Origin: Gemmatimonadaceae bacterium
GTDB lineage: Bacteria > Gemmatimonadota > Gemmatimonadetes > Gemmatimonadales > Gemmatimonadaceae
Assembly (NCBI GenBank): GCA_033763905.1
Contig: JANRJP010000100.1
Location: forward strand, 1 to 64,000
Length of the DNA: 64,000 nt
Reading direction: 5' to 3'
Below, piece by piece: positions 40,085 through 49,774 of this stretch. The notes under the pieces were generated by a model. It was not told the origin of the DNA, did no database searches, and was given only the letters and a program-made list of their open reading frames with translations. Each line of letters begins with the position of its first letter. Position 1 is the first letter of the stretch. Made by a program: the position numbers and the translations under genes.

Positions 40085-41376
40085 GCGGCCCGATGCGTGC
40101 CCCGCTCGCGTGGCGGATGCGGCCGCAATCGCTCGATGAGGTAGACGGGCAGGAGGCACTGCTTGCGCGTGGTGCGCCCCTGCGCCGGATGATCGACAGC
40201 GGGCGCATCGGGTCGCTGCTCTTCTGGGGACCGCCGGGCTGCGGCAAGACCACGATCGCCCGACTGATCGCGCAACACACCGCGTTGGAGTTCGTGCCGT
40301 TCAGCGCCGTCACCGATGGTGTCGCCCGGGTGCGCGAGATCGTCGCCGAGGCCACCGCGCGCACGCGGCAGGGCGGCCTCGGCACGCTGCTGTTCGTCGA
40401 CGAGATCCACCGGTTCAATCGCGGCCAGCAGGATGCCTTTCTGCCCCACGTGGAATCGGGACTCATCACGCTGGTTGGCGCGACGACGGAGAACCCGTCG
40501 TTCGAAGTCAACGCCGCGCTCCTGAGCCGGCTCCGCGTGTTCGTGTTGCAGCCCTTGTCGGTGGCGGCGATCACCCGCGTGCTCGAACGGGCCTTGGCGG
40601 ACAGCGAGCGCGGGCTCGGCCCGCGCACCGCCGCGCCAGACGCGTTGGCGCTCCTCAGCGCGCACGCGGCCGGGGACGCGCGACGGGCGCTTACGGCCCT
40701 CGAGGCGTCCGTGGCGCTCCTGCCGGACGCCACGAGCGAACTCACCGCCGCCGCGGTGGCCGAGACGCTCGCCGCCAAGCTACCCACACACGACAAGGGT
40801 GGCGATCAGCACTACGATTTGATCAGCGCGTTCATCAAGTCGATGCGCGGGCACGACCCGCAGGCGGCGTTGTACTGGTTGGCCCGGTTGCTTGGCGGCG
40901 GCGAGGACCCTCGCTTCGTCGCGCGTCGGATGGTGCGCTTCGCGAGCGAGGATATCGGCCTCGCCGATCCTGCCGCGCTCGCGCAGGCGCAGGCCGCGGC
41001 CGATGCCTACCGGTTGCTGGGCAGTCCGGAAGGCGAACTCGCTCTGGCGCAGGCCGCGGTCTATCTCGCCACGGCACCGAAATCGAATCGCGTCTACGTC
41101 GCGTGGGGCGAGGTGCAGCGCGACGCGGAACGCACGATGGCAGCGCCGGTTCCACTGCATCTGCGCAACGCCGCCACGGGCTTGATGGCGTCGCTCGGCT
41201 ACGGGGCCGCGTATCAGTATCCGCCCGACCAGCCGGACGGCGTCGCCGACCAGACGTATCTGCCCGATCACGTCAGCGGGACCTGGTACGTCCCGGGCCC
41301 CATTGGGTACGAGAAGGACGTCGCGAAACGGCTCGCGTGGTGGGCGGCCCGCCGAGGCGGCGCCAGCGACGCGTGA
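40081..41376 (+). CDS. rarA: Replication-associated recombination protein A (MgsA/RarA)
   Basis: PLAWRMRP, GPPGCGKTT, DEIHRFN, ATTENPSFEVN, HYDLISAFIKSMRG, SEDIGLAD, VPLHLRNA. Confidence 0.97.
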   Translation: MSGPMRAPLAWRMRPQSLDEVDGQEALLARGAPLRRMIDSGRIGSLLFWGPPGCGKTTIARLIAQHTALEFVPFSAVTDGVARVREIVAEATARTRQGGLGTLLFVDEIHRFNRGQQDAFLPHVESGLITLVGATTENPSFEVNAALLSRLRVFVLQPLSVAAITRVLERALADSERGLGPRTAAPDALALLSAHAAGDARRALTALEASVALLPDATSELTAAAVAETLAAKLPTHDKGGDQHYDLISAFIKSMRGHDPQAALYWLARLLGGGEDPRFVARRMVRFASEDIGLADPAALAQAQAAADAYRLLGSPEGELALAQAAVYLATAPKSNRVYVAWGEVQRDAERTMAAPVPLHLRNAATGLMASLGYGAAYQYPPDQPDGVADQTYLPDHVSGTWYVPGPIGYEKDVAKRLAWWAARRGGASDA

Positions 41377-41440
41377 CGCGCGCCGGATGCCGCTAGCTTT
41401 CACGGCGTCTGCGGCTCGTGCTCCACTCTCCCTGTCGACG

Positions 41441-42556
41441 TTGCTCAACATCGCCCTGCTCGGCACACGCGGCATTCCCGCGTCCTACTCCGGTTTCGAA
41501 ACGGCGGTCGAGGCGTTGTCCGTCCGCCTCGTGGCGCGCGGGCATCGTGTCACGGTGTATCGCCGGACGCATCACTACGACGGAGACCGCGCCACCGAGT
41601 ACCGGGGCGTGCGGTTGGTGAATCTGCCGACGATCCCCAGCAAGTATCTCGATACGATGGTGCATTCCACGCTGAGTGGCCTGCACGCGCTCGGGTCGCG
41701 CTACGATGCGGCGGTCTACTTCATCGCCGGCAACAGTCCGGTGTGCTGGATCCCGCGACTGGTCGGCACGCCGGTCGCGATCAACGTCGATGGGTTGGAT
41801 TGGCGCCGCAAGAAGTGGCCGGCCGCGGCCAAGGCGTTCATCAAGTGGGCCGAACGCATCTCGCGCCACACGGCGAATGTGGTCGTGACCGACTCCCGCG
41901 CGGTTCAGGATTTCTACACCAGTACCTATCAGTTCACGCCGCGGTTCATTCCCTACGGCGCCGACATTGCGCGCGTGCCCGCCGGCGACACCTTGCGGCG
42001 CTTCGGCCTGGAGCCCGGGAAGTACCTGCTGTTCGTCGGGCGGCTCGTGCCCGAAAACTGTGTCGAGCACTTGGTGGCGGCGTTCCGCGGGCTCTCCACC
42101 GACTTCCGCTGCGTGATCGTCGGCGATGCACCGTACGCGGATGCGTACCAGGCGTCGTTGCGGTCGCTCGCCGCGGACGACCCGCGCATCGTGTTCACTG
42201 GCTACCTCTTCGGTGAGGGATATCGCGAGCTCGGCTCCAACAGCTATGCGTTCGTCGAGACGTCCGAAGTCGGCGGCACACACCCGGCACTGCTCGAAGC
42301 GATGGCGATGGGTGCCGCCGTCATCGTGAATGGCACGGTCGAGAACCGCGAGACGATCGGCACTGCGGGGCTGGCGTACGCATCGGCAGGTGGCGCGGAG
42401 GCGCTGCGGCCGCTGCTCGAGCAATTGCTCGCCGATCCCGTAGCCCGCGATCGGTGGGCGGCAGCGGCGGCCGCGCGAGCCGAGGCCGTGTACTCTTGGG
42501 ATGCCGTCACCGATCAGTACGAGGCGCTGTGTCGCGAGCTGGCAGGACGTCAATGA
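41441..42556 (+). CDS. Glycosyltransferase family 4 with DUF1972-like N-domain
   Basis: GTRGIPASYSGFET, NVDGLDWRRKKW, VGRLVPEN, GGTHPALLEAMA. Start is TTG 41441 (alternative ATG 41387). Confidence 0.92.
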   Translation: MLNIALLGTRGIPASYSGFETAVEALSVRLVARGHRVTVYRRTHHYDGDRATEYRGVRLVNLPTIPSKYLDTMVHSTLSGLHALGSRYDAAVYFIAGNSPVCWIPRLVGTPVAINVDGLDWRRKKWPAAAKAFIKWAERISRHTANVVVTDSRAVQDFYTSTYQFTPRFIPYGADIARVPAGDTLRRFGLEPGKYLLFVGRLVPENCVEHLVAAFRGLSTDFRCVIVGDAPYADAYQASLRSLAADDPRIVFTGYLFGEGYRELGSNSYAFVETSEVGGTHPALLEAMAMGAAVIVNGTVENRETIGTAGLAYASAGGAEALRPLLEQLLADPVARDRWAAAAAARAEAVYSWDAVTDQYEALCRELAGRQ

Positions 42557-42569
42557 CCGCGCCGCGCCC

Positions 42570-43730
42570 GTGACGACGGCGACGCGTTTCGTCGCGCGCA
42601 ACCCGTGGAAGCAGCGCGCCGGCGATCTGGCGGACCGCGTGTTGACGGCACTGGCCCCGCGGCTCGTCGCGGAGACGCGGCCGGTGCCGAGGCATCCGCG
42701 CATTCTCGTGGTGCGCTGCGATCACATCGGCGACGCGGTGATGGCGACGGCGGCCTTGCAGCCGATCGCCGATGCGATGGAGCCCGCGCAGCTCGACGTG
42801 CTGTGCGGGCCCTGGGGCCGCGAGATCTTCGATGCGCATCCGGCGGTCCACGAGGTGTTGACGGTCGAGACGCCGTGGTGGTTGTCCGCACGCGGGGCCG
42901 GCGGTTTGCGTCGCCTGCGGGCCTGGGCGGCGCTCCCGGCGCTGGTCCGCCGACTGCGCGCGCGCCAGTACGACTTCGTCTTCGAGCTGCGCGGCGACCT
43001 GCGGCAGATTCTGCTCTTCGCGGCGCTGTCGGGGGCGCCGCGGCGCATCGCGTCCGACCGCACCGGGGGGCGGGCGCTGCTGACCCACGTGGTGCCGCAC
43101 GATGAGAGTCGGCACGAGGTCGAGCGGTTGGCCTCGCTCCTCGCCGCGGTCGGTGTGACGCGCATCGCGCGGCCGGTGCTGCGAGCGCCCGATACGGTGC
43201 GCGCGGACCTGGCTGCGGAGTTGCCGAGCGGACCGTACGTGGTCGTAGCCGGGACGGGCACCGAGCCGAACCGCGCGTGGCCCGCCGCGCACGTCGCGGC
43301 ACTGGCGACTCGGCTGGCGGCGCGCGGTGTGCCAACGGTGATCGTCGGGGGGGCAGCGGACGCGCGCTACGCCCGCGAGGTCGTGGCGGCCGGCGCACCG
43401 GTGCGTGATCTCACGGGGCGGACGTCCCTCACTGAGTTGGCCTACGTTCTCGCCCGGGCGGCTGTGGCGGTGTGCACCGATTCCGGGCCGATGCACATCG
43501 CGGCGGCCGTCGGGACACCGGTCGTGGCACTCTTCGGGCCGGGCGATCCGGCGCACAGCCGTCCGTGGGGCGGCAATGTGACGTTGCTCACATCCGGCTC
43601 GCCGTGTGGGTGCATCCACCCCTGGTGCGATCGCACCGCGGACCGGCATGCCCCCGGGCGCTGTATGTCCGAAACTTCGCCATCCACGGTTGAGTCCGCG
43701 GTGGTTCAGGCCCTTGGCATCGGGGGGTAA
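42570..43730 (+). CDS. Glycosyltransferase family 9 (heptosyltransferase-like)
   Basis: RCDHIGDAVM, DLTGRTSLTEL, TDSGPMHIAAAVGTPVVALFGP, C-terminal Cys cluster. Confidence 0.92.
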   Translation: MTTATRFVARNPWKQRAGDLADRVLTALAPRLVAETRPVPRHPRILVVRCDHIGDAVMATAALQPIADAMEPAQLDVLCGPWGREIFDAHPAVHEVLTVETPWWLSARGAGGLRRLRAWAALPALVRRLRARQYDFVFELRGDLRQILLFAALSGAPRRIASDRTGGRALLTHVVPHDESRHEVERLASLLAAVGVTRIARPVLRAPDTVRADLAAELPSGPYVVVAGTGTEPNRAWPAAHVAALATRLAARGVPTVIVGGAADARYAREVVAAGAPVRDLTGRTSLTELAYVLARAAVAVCTDSGPMHIAAAVGTPVVALFGPGDPAHSRPWGGNVTLLTSGSPCGCIHPWCDRTADRHAPGRCMSETSPSTVESAVVQALGIGG

Positions 43731-43750
43731 ACTGTGCCATTTTTAGGGAT

Positions 43751-44803
43751 ATGGCGCCTTCGCCCCGTCCGGAACTCCTGCTGGACATCACCCCGCCGAC
43801 TGTTACCCGGCGGTCTTGGTGGACGACGCTGTATGATCGGCTCCGCCCGTCCGCATTTGGTAATCGACGCGCAGTAGCGGTGCGTCGACGCGGCGGCCCC
43901 GATGTGGTGCCGCCGTCGCACTATCAGGTCGTCGAGACCGTACACGTGACTGAAGGCAAGGCGGGGTTGCGCCTGCGTCAGTTGGAGCGGCTCGTCATTC
44001 GGACCGATGCCCGTGCGATTGTCGTCGGCGACGGCGTGTCGGCGATTGCGCTGCGGGAACTCGGGCGGCTGAGTGCGCGGGCTGGTGTCGCGCTCGTGTA
44101 TCCGGCGCCCGGCTCCCCCGTGCAGGGCGGACGCCCGAATCTCATCTGGGCCGGCGATCAGCCGTTCTTCGAACTCGGCGCGCGTTCGGCCACCGAAGCG
44201 GGGCTCTGGGGCAAGCGCACCTTCGACGTCGTCGCGAGCGCGGTTGGCCTCGTGCTGCTGGCGCCGCTCTTCGTCCTCGTCGCGATCGGCATCCGCCTTG
44301 ACTCCGAGGGGCCGATCTTCTTCGCGCAGCCGCGCGCCGGTTGGCACGGTCGTCGCTTCCGGATGTTCAAGTTCCGCACGATGCGGAAGGACGCTGACGA
44401 AGAAAAGATCGACCTGGAGCACTTGAATGCGTCCGGGGATCGCCGCCTGTTCAAGATTCCGAACGATCCGCGCATCACGCGCTTCGGCCGGTTCCTTCGT
44501 CGCTGGTCGATCGACGAGTTGCCGCAACTCTGGAACGTGCTGCGTGGTGATATGTCGCTGGTCGGGCCGCGCCCGTTCTTCGAGAGCGATCTGCAGGACT
44601 ACGAAGCGCACCACTTCCGTCGCTTGACCGTGAAGCCAGGCATCACCGGCAACTGGCAGGTGCAGGGGCGTTCCGACATCCTCGACTTCGAGGAAGTCGT
44701 TCGCCTCGATCGCGAGTACATCGAGCGGCGGTCGTTCCTGCTCGACACCTGGATTCTCGCGCGCACGGTCCCGGCCGTCTTCAAACGGTCCGGCGCGTAC
44801 TGA
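43751..44803 (+). CDS. Polyprenyl phosphoglycosyl transferase (initiating sugar transferase)
   Basis: KRTFDVV, FKFRTM, DPRITRFG..LRRWSIDELPQLWNVLRGDMSLVGPRP, KPGITG.WQV. Confidence 0.95.
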   Translation: MAPSPRPELLLDITPPTVTRRSWWTTLYDRLRPSAFGNRRAVAVRRRGGPDVVPPSHYQVVETVHVTEGKAGLRLRQLERLVIRTDARAIVVGDGVSAIALRELGRLSARAGVALVYPAPGSPVQGGRPNLIWAGDQPFFELGARSATEAGLWGKRTFDVVASAVGLVLLAPLFVLVAIGIRLDSEGPIFFAQPRAGWHGRRFRMFKFRTMRKDADEEKIDLEHLNASGDRRLFKIPNDPRITRFGRFLRRWSIDELPQLWNVLRGDMSLVGPRPFFESDLQDYEAHHFRRLTVKPGITGNWQVQGRSDILDFEEVVRLDREYIERRSFLLDTWILARTVPAVFKRSGAY

Positions 44804-44815
44804 CGCGTTGCTCGT

Positions 44816-45724
44816 TCAGCCGGCAGGATATCGGCTGAACGCCCCCGCCAACCATCCGCGCCACAGGGCGGCCGCCACCGCTGGTCGGCCCCGCACGAGT
44901 TCCACGACGGCGCGAAGCGGTTTCGTCGCGGCGAAGTAGAGCCAGGCCGCCGTTCGTGCGCCAACGCCGAAATTCCGGCGCGCAAACCACAGGCGGTTGC
45001 GCGTCACCAGCTGCAGCGTCGCCGGCCGGACCGCAATGCCGCCGAAGCTCGCGCTTACCGCGTGCACGGCGCGCGCCGACGGCACGACCCACTGCGACAG
45101 GCCGGCGGCGTCGAGTCGCCACGAGAACTCGGCGTCTTCGAGATAGCCGGGCGCATACGCTTCGGGCAGCACGCCGACGCGCGCGATCGCGGCCCGATGC
45201 ACGACCATCGCGCAGGCGGTCACGAATTGCGTGCGACGAGGCGGTGCATCGGGGCCCGGATCGGCCCGTTCCTGCACGACGAGCGCGCGCCACGGGGCGA
45301 AGTGCCCGCCGCCGTAGTCCAGCGTGACCCCGTCGCGGGTGAGCAGGATGCCGCTGCCGCACACGCCACGATGGGCGTGGAGCGCCTCGATCACGCGGGC
45401 GAAGTAGGTCGGCGCGACTTCGACGTCATTGTTGCAGTACGCGATCCACTCGATGTCGGGGTCCTCCAGCGCCGCGCGGACGCCGAGATTCGCGCCGGCG
45501 GCGTAGCCCCGATTCTCCGGCGCGCGCAGCAATTCCACCCCGTGCTCGGCGCACCACGGCGCGATGGTGGCGCCGGCGTCATCCGGCGACGCGTTGTCGA
45601 CCACCAGAATGCGCGCCAGCGGTGGCGTTGCGCGCAGCATCGCAGCAACCGTCTTGCGCGTCTCGTCGGCGTGGCCGTACTGCACCACGACGGCGGCCAG
45701 CCGGAGTGTGGTCGCCCGGCTCAC
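44816..45724 (-). CDS. Glycosyltransferase family 2
   Basis: VVDNASPD, ENRGYAAGANLG, NNDVEV, YLEDAEFSWR; GTGA overlap with the upstream GT4. Confidence 0.92.
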   Translation of the reverse strand: MSRATTLRLAAVVVQYGHADETRKTVAAMLRATPPLARILVVDNASPDDAGATIAPWCAEHGVELLRAPENRGYAAGANLGVRAALEDPDIEWIAYCNNDVEVAPTYFARVIEALHAHRGVCGSGILLTRDGVTLDYGGGHFAPWRALVVQERADPGPDAPPRRTQFVTACAMVVHRAAIARVGVLPEAYAPGYLEDAEFSWRLDAAGLSQWVVPSARAVHAVSASFGGIAVRPATLQLVTRNRLWFARRNFGVGARTAAWLYFAATKPLRAVVELVRGRPAVAAALWRGWLAGAFSRYPAG

Positions 45725-46890
45725 GAGACCTCGGCGAGGACGTCCCGGTACACCTGACGCGTCCGGTCCGCCACGGTGGGCCACTGCCACGCCGCCGCCC
45801 GCGACGGGCCGCGCGCGGCGCGGGCGGCGCGACTGACTTCGTCCGTCCACAGCGCGAGCAATCCGTCCGCGAGCGCCTCGGGGGAGGTCACATCGCAGGT
45901 CAGGGCCACGTCCCCGGCCAGTTCGCCGAGGGCGCCGCCGCGGCCGGTGAGCACCGCGGCCCCGCTGGCAAAGGCCTCGGCGACGGGCATCCCGAATCCC
46001 TCACGCAGCGATGGATACGCGACAACGGTCGCCAGGTTGTAGAGGCCTGCCAGATCATCGGCGGGAATGGCGCCCAGCCATTGCACACGCGCGGACAGCC
46101 TCAGATCGCGCTCCGTCGTCCGCACGGGCCCGTCGAGCCATCCCGGAGGCCCTGCGTGCACGAGGTGCAGGTCGCGGCCGCCGTCTCGCGCCTGCGCGAG
46201 CGACAACGCGCGCAGCAGCGTCGGGAGGTTCTTCCGTGGTTCCACGGCGCCGACCGTCAGTACGAAGCGCTCGGGCAGGCGGTAGCGCTCGCGGAGCGTA
46301 CGCAGCGCGGCCTCGTCCGCCCGGCGGGGCCGAAACCGGGCGGCCACGCCATTGGGAATCACGACGATGCGTTCCGGTGCAATGTCGAGCACGGCGATCA
46401 ACGCGTCGCGGGTGGCCGCGCTCACCGCGATCACCCGATGCGCCCGCCGCAGCAACGGCGGCATCAGGCGCGCCGCAGCCTGCCGATGCCACCAGCGAAA
46501 ATCCTGCGGGTGCGTCAGCGCGAACAGGTCGTGCGCCGTCACGATGACGGGCAGGGCAGGTCGTGCGGGGCCGAGGGGGATCGGGCAGTGCAGCACACGA
46601 GCGCCGACGGCACGGGCCGCAGCGCTGCTGCCGCGTTGCGCCCACCACAGATCGCGCCGCAGCGTGCGCAGCCGACGGGACCACCCCCCGGTGCCGTGAT
46701 GCCGCGTGGACTCGCCGGGACAGGCCACGGTCCGAATGATCGGCGCAGCGGGGCGGGTGGCGGCATCCACCGTCTCCGACGAGGCCGCAGCATCATCGGA
46801 GGGCAGGCCAAGGGCCGCCGCGAGCGCCCGCACGTGTTCACCAGTGCCGCCGCCGTCGATGATGCCGGCGGTCACATCGAGCGCGATCAC
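45721..46890 (-). CDS. Glycosyltransferase family 4 (mannosyltransferase-like)
   Basis: TAHDL, IAVS, VGAVEPRKNL, YPSLREGFGMPVAEA. Confidence 0.92.
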   Translation of the reverse strand: MIALDVTAGIIDGGGTGEHVRALAAALGLPSDDAAASSETVDAATRPAAPIIRTVACPGESTRHHGTGGWSRRLRTLRRDLWWAQRGSSAAARAVGARVLHCPIPLGPARPALPVIVTAHDLFALTHPQDFRWWHRQAAARLMPPLLRRAHRVIAVSAATRDALIAVLDIAPERIVVIPNGVAARFRPRRADEAALRTLRERYRLPERFVLTVGAVEPRKNLPTLLRALSLAQARDGGRDLHLVHAGPPGWLDGPVRTTERDLRLSARVQWLGAIPADDLAGLYNLATVVAYPSLREGFGMPVAEAFASGAAVLTGRGGALGELAGDVALTCDVTSPEALADGLLALWTDEVSRAARAARGPSRAAAWQWPTVADRTRQVYRDVLAEVS

Positions 46891-48296
46891 CGGACGGCGG
46901 TCGGGCTGCGGCCCTCGAGCGCCTGCGACGCGGGGAGCGCCGCGGCGGCCACGATCGCGCCGGCGATCCAGCCCCAGATGTAGGTCACAAACGGCACGTT
47001 CGTGACGACGGCGGTCGCGCCGTTGACGATGACCCCCACCGTGATGGCGGCCGCGTAGAGTCCCGCCTGCTGGCCGGCCGCACCCGCGCTCGCGCGTCGC
47101 GACAACGAGACGGCGGCGGCGAGCACGCCGATCAGGAACACGACGAACAGCAGCAGCCCAGGCACACCCAACTCGACGCCGTACTTGAAGTACAGATTGT
47201 CGGCCGCGAGCGGTGTTCGACCAAAGCGCTCGGCCGTGATGTCGGCAGTAGCCAAGCCGGCGCCCAACGGGTGCTCCCACATCGCGTTGAGTCCGTCCTG
47301 CCAGTCGGCCACGTGCGAGCGCGAACTCTGCGTGTCGAAGGTCAGCGTGCGCCACGCGAAGAGCCGAATGTCGCGCGAGGCAATCACAATGGCGGCCGCG
47401 ATCGTCGTGAACGTGGTCGTCAGCGCGCCCACGGCCACCACTCGGCCAGCCAGCAGCAGGAGCAGCACACTCTCGATGGCCACCGCCACGGTCGTCATCC
47501 GCGTCACGGACAACAGCAATCCGATCCACAGGAGACCGACGACGCCCCACGACGCGACCGCCTTGGCGCCAGTCGCGTACATCGCCCGGATCTGTGCGGC
47601 CGGCATCAGCAGCAGCAGCGCGGCGGCGAGCCCCTGACCGTTCAGGAACACCGAGCCCGCGCGACGAAAGGCGGTCGCGCCGAGGTCGGTGAAGTACGAG
47701 TGCGGCAGGTTGTAGCGATAGGGGTCGGTGATCCCCGGCACGCCGAGGAATTCGGTGAAGTAGCGCGGGATGCCCGCCGCGACGAGCACTTCGATCGGCA
47801 GCAGCAACTCGATGATGCCGATCACCGTGGCGAGCACCGCGATCGTGGTCAGTCGTCGCAGGAGCACGGGGTCATCGGCGACGGCGGGCGTCGCTCGCCC
47901 GATCGCGTAGAGCAGCAGCGGCTGCGCGAGATCGCGCGCCCCGTAGCCGAAGATCACCGCCGGCGGCCCGCCATCGGCATGCGCGAACTCCATCAGGCCG
48001 CGCGTGAAGATCCACAGCACGAGCAGACCGGCCGCCACGTCGGGAAACGCCAGGCGATTGAGCCAGCGGTCACGACCAATCCGCCACAGCGCCGTGGCGA
48101 GCAAGACGACCAGCGCGAGTTCTTTCCACCCGGCGATGGCCCGCACGAGACCGCCGGGCAGGCCCAGCGGGCCGTAGAGCAGGGCAATGGCCAAGACGTG
48201 GATGGACAGTCCCCACGTCACGAGCGCAAAGGCGCGTCGCCCGGTGACCGAGACGCCCGTCAGTGCGCCGGGCGAGGGGACCGACTCACCCGTCAC
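46887..48296 (-). CDS. Wzy polymerase / O-antigen ligase-like membrane protein
   Basis: About 11-12 hydrophobic segments; RAGSVF, HPLGAGL, DNLYFKYGVELGVPG motifs; lies between a Wzz-like gene and GTs. Confidence 0.78.
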   Translation of the reverse strand: MTGESVPSPGALTGVSVTGRRAFALVTWGLSIHVLAIALLYGPLGLPGGLVRAIAGWKELALVVLLATALWRIGRDRWLNRLAFPDVAAGLLVLWIFTRGLMEFAHADGGPPAVIFGYGARDLAQPLLLYAIGRATPAVADDPVLLRRLTTIAVLATVIGIIELLLPIEVLVAAGIPRYFTEFLGVPGITDPYRYNLPHSYFTDLGATAFRRAGSVFLNGQGLAAALLLLMPAAQIRAMYATGAKAVASWGVVGLLWIGLLLSVTRMTTVAVAIESVLLLLLAGRVVAVGALTTTFTTIAAAIVIASRDIRLFAWRTLTFDTQSSRSHVADWQDGLNAMWEHPLGAGLATADITAERFGRTPLAADNLYFKYGVELGVPGLLLFVVFLIGVLAAAVSLSRRASAGAAGQQAGLYAAAITVGVIVNGATAVVTNVPFVTYIWGWIAGAIVAAAALPASQALEGRSPTAVR

Positions 48297-49392
48297 GACG
48301 CGACGCGATCCCGACGACCACGCGCTGCATTTCGCGGCGGAACTGCGTCAGTGCCGATCGCACGGCGGCCGATCCTTCAGGGTCGGCGCGCGTCCAATCG
48401 CTCCACGCCGCCGCAATCGCGGCGAGCAGTACACCGAGCAGCAGGCCAGCGGCCATCGACGCGCCGAGCGTGATCGGAATGCGCGGAAACTGGCGACGCC
48501 GCGGCGGCACCGCGCTGTCGACGACGGTAATCAGTGCCGCGTCGTTGATCTCGGACAGACGCGCCCCTTCGAAGTCGCGCTTGGTCGACAGGTACAGATC
48601 TTCGGCCACGTCCGTCTGCCGCTGCAATTCCGCTTGCCGGAAGCGGAGGGCCGGGCTCGACTCCCACTCGCGGTTCTCGATCTGGAAGTCGCGGAGCTGG
48701 CGGGTGACGCGATCGAGTTCGCGCTTGGTGGAGTCGACGCGGCTCGCCAGAAACACGCGGCGGACTCGCCCGCGGGTTTGGCGTTGCTGCAGGTTGAACT
48801 CGTTGACCAGCGCGAGCATCCGGTTCGCGATCAGCGACGACAGCTCGGGCCACTCGGCATCCACCTGCAAGCCGACGAGATTCGCGCGGTTGTCGACGGC
48901 GACCGTGAGCTGTTTGCGGAAGTCGCGGATCGCGAGTTCGAGCGCCTTCGCACGATCCTTGGTGTCGGGATCGAGCAGGTCGAGCAGCAGAATCGAGTCC
49001 TGCGGCGCGTCGGTCGAAAAGTCGGGCACGCGACTGGTGAGCAGCCGCGTGAGCAGTTCTCGGCTCACGAGCAGCTGCTCGTAGAACGCGGGAGACTCGC
49101 TGGGGTCTGCGCCGAGGGCGCCCATCCCCCCGCCGACCATTCCACCGAGCGCCGAGCCGGCCAGCGCGTTCAAGCCGGTCGAGAGTCGGCTGGCCGCGGC
49201 TGACGCCGAGGTGTTGGGGGTGAACGAGGCCTGCGCGCGCCACGAGGGCGGCAGAGCAATCATCGCGATGACGGCGACGACGAGGGCCACGCCGATGGTG
49301 GCGCCGATCAGGCGCCAGCGGCGCACGGTGCCGGCCGCCCACGTCGCGAGCGAGGGGGCAGCGGAGCTGCCGTCGTCGGGGGCGAGAATCAC
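48286..49392 (-). CDS. Polysaccharide chain-length determinant (Wzz/GNVR-type co-polymerase)
   Basis: N- and C-terminal TM helices flank a coiled-coil periplasmic region; VVDSAVPP..PR and Gly-rich C-terminal TM; no kinase domain; GAGGG SD. Confidence 0.85.
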   Translation of the reverse strand: MILAPDDGSSAAPSLATWAAGTVRRWRLIGATIGVALVVAVIAMIALPPSWRAQASFTPNTSASAAASRLSTGLNALAGSALGGMVGGGMGALGADPSESPAFYEQLLVSRELLTRLLTSRVPDFSTDAPQDSILLLDLLDPDTKDRAKALELAIRDFRKQLTVAVDNRANLVGLQVDAEWPELSSLIANRMLALVNEFNLQQRQTRGRVRRVFLASRVDSTKRELDRVTRQLRDFQIENREWESSPALRFRQAELQRQTDVAEDLYLSTKRDFEGARLSEINDAALITVVDSAVPPRRRQFPRIPITLGASMAAGLLLGVLLAAIAAAWSDWTRADPEGSAAVRSALTQFRREMQRVVVGIASRRDG

Positions 49393-49461
49393 GCGCCAAC
49401 CCTCACGCGCGGCGCCGGAAGGCGTCGCCCGCGCTCACAGGGAGCGCCCGCACGCGGGGCC

Positions 49462-49497
49462 AACGAAAAAGCGAGCACTGCCACGGCAAGTGCTCGC
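49462..49497 (-). terminator. Intrinsic terminator downstream of tRNA-Val
   Basis: Stem GCGAGCACT/AGTGCTCGC (49471-49479, 49489-49497) followed on the minus strand by TTTTTCGTT. Confidence 0.8.
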
Positions 49498-49569
49498 CAC
49501 GAGTTGACGCGCATTCCTTCGGGCACGGGAGATCGGCCAGTGGCGCGCCTCCGGACACGAGGGGACGGG

Positions 49570-49646
49570 TGGTGGTCGCACAGGGACTTGAACCCCGGAC
49601 CTCTGGTATGTGAGACCAGCGCTCTAACCAGCTGAGCTATGCGACC
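49570..49646 (-). tRNA. tRNA-Val (anticodon CAC), CCA encoded
   Basis: Minus strand GGTCGCATAGCTCAGCTGGTTAGAGCGCTGGTCTCACATACCAGAGGTCCGGGGTTCAAGTCCCTGTGCGACCACCA folds as a cloverleaf. Confidence 0.96.
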
Positions 49647-49774
49647 GTACCCATTCCCGAGCCCGGTGGGGCGCCGGAAGAGAGGAAAACATACACCACC
49701 GAACCGCGCAACGTCTAGGGGGGCCAGCACTTGCGAGGTGCCGTCGCCCGCTCGTCTCCGGTAGCTTTGTCGCG

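Noticed and set aside
37821..40796. 991-aa minus-strand ORF and other long antisense ORFs (e.g. 1456-3390, 9766-12039, 23800-26196, 30310-32889, 59620-61866)
   Set aside because: They lie antisense to well-supported genes, are Arg/Ala/Gly-rich with no motifs, and are expected shadow ORFs in high-GC DNA.
49471..49497. CIRCE-like inverted repeat AGCACT-N9-AGTGCT
   Set aside because: The spacing is 2 nt shorter than CIRCE and the TTA/TAA flanks are missing; the U-tract and position after a tRNA fit a terminator.
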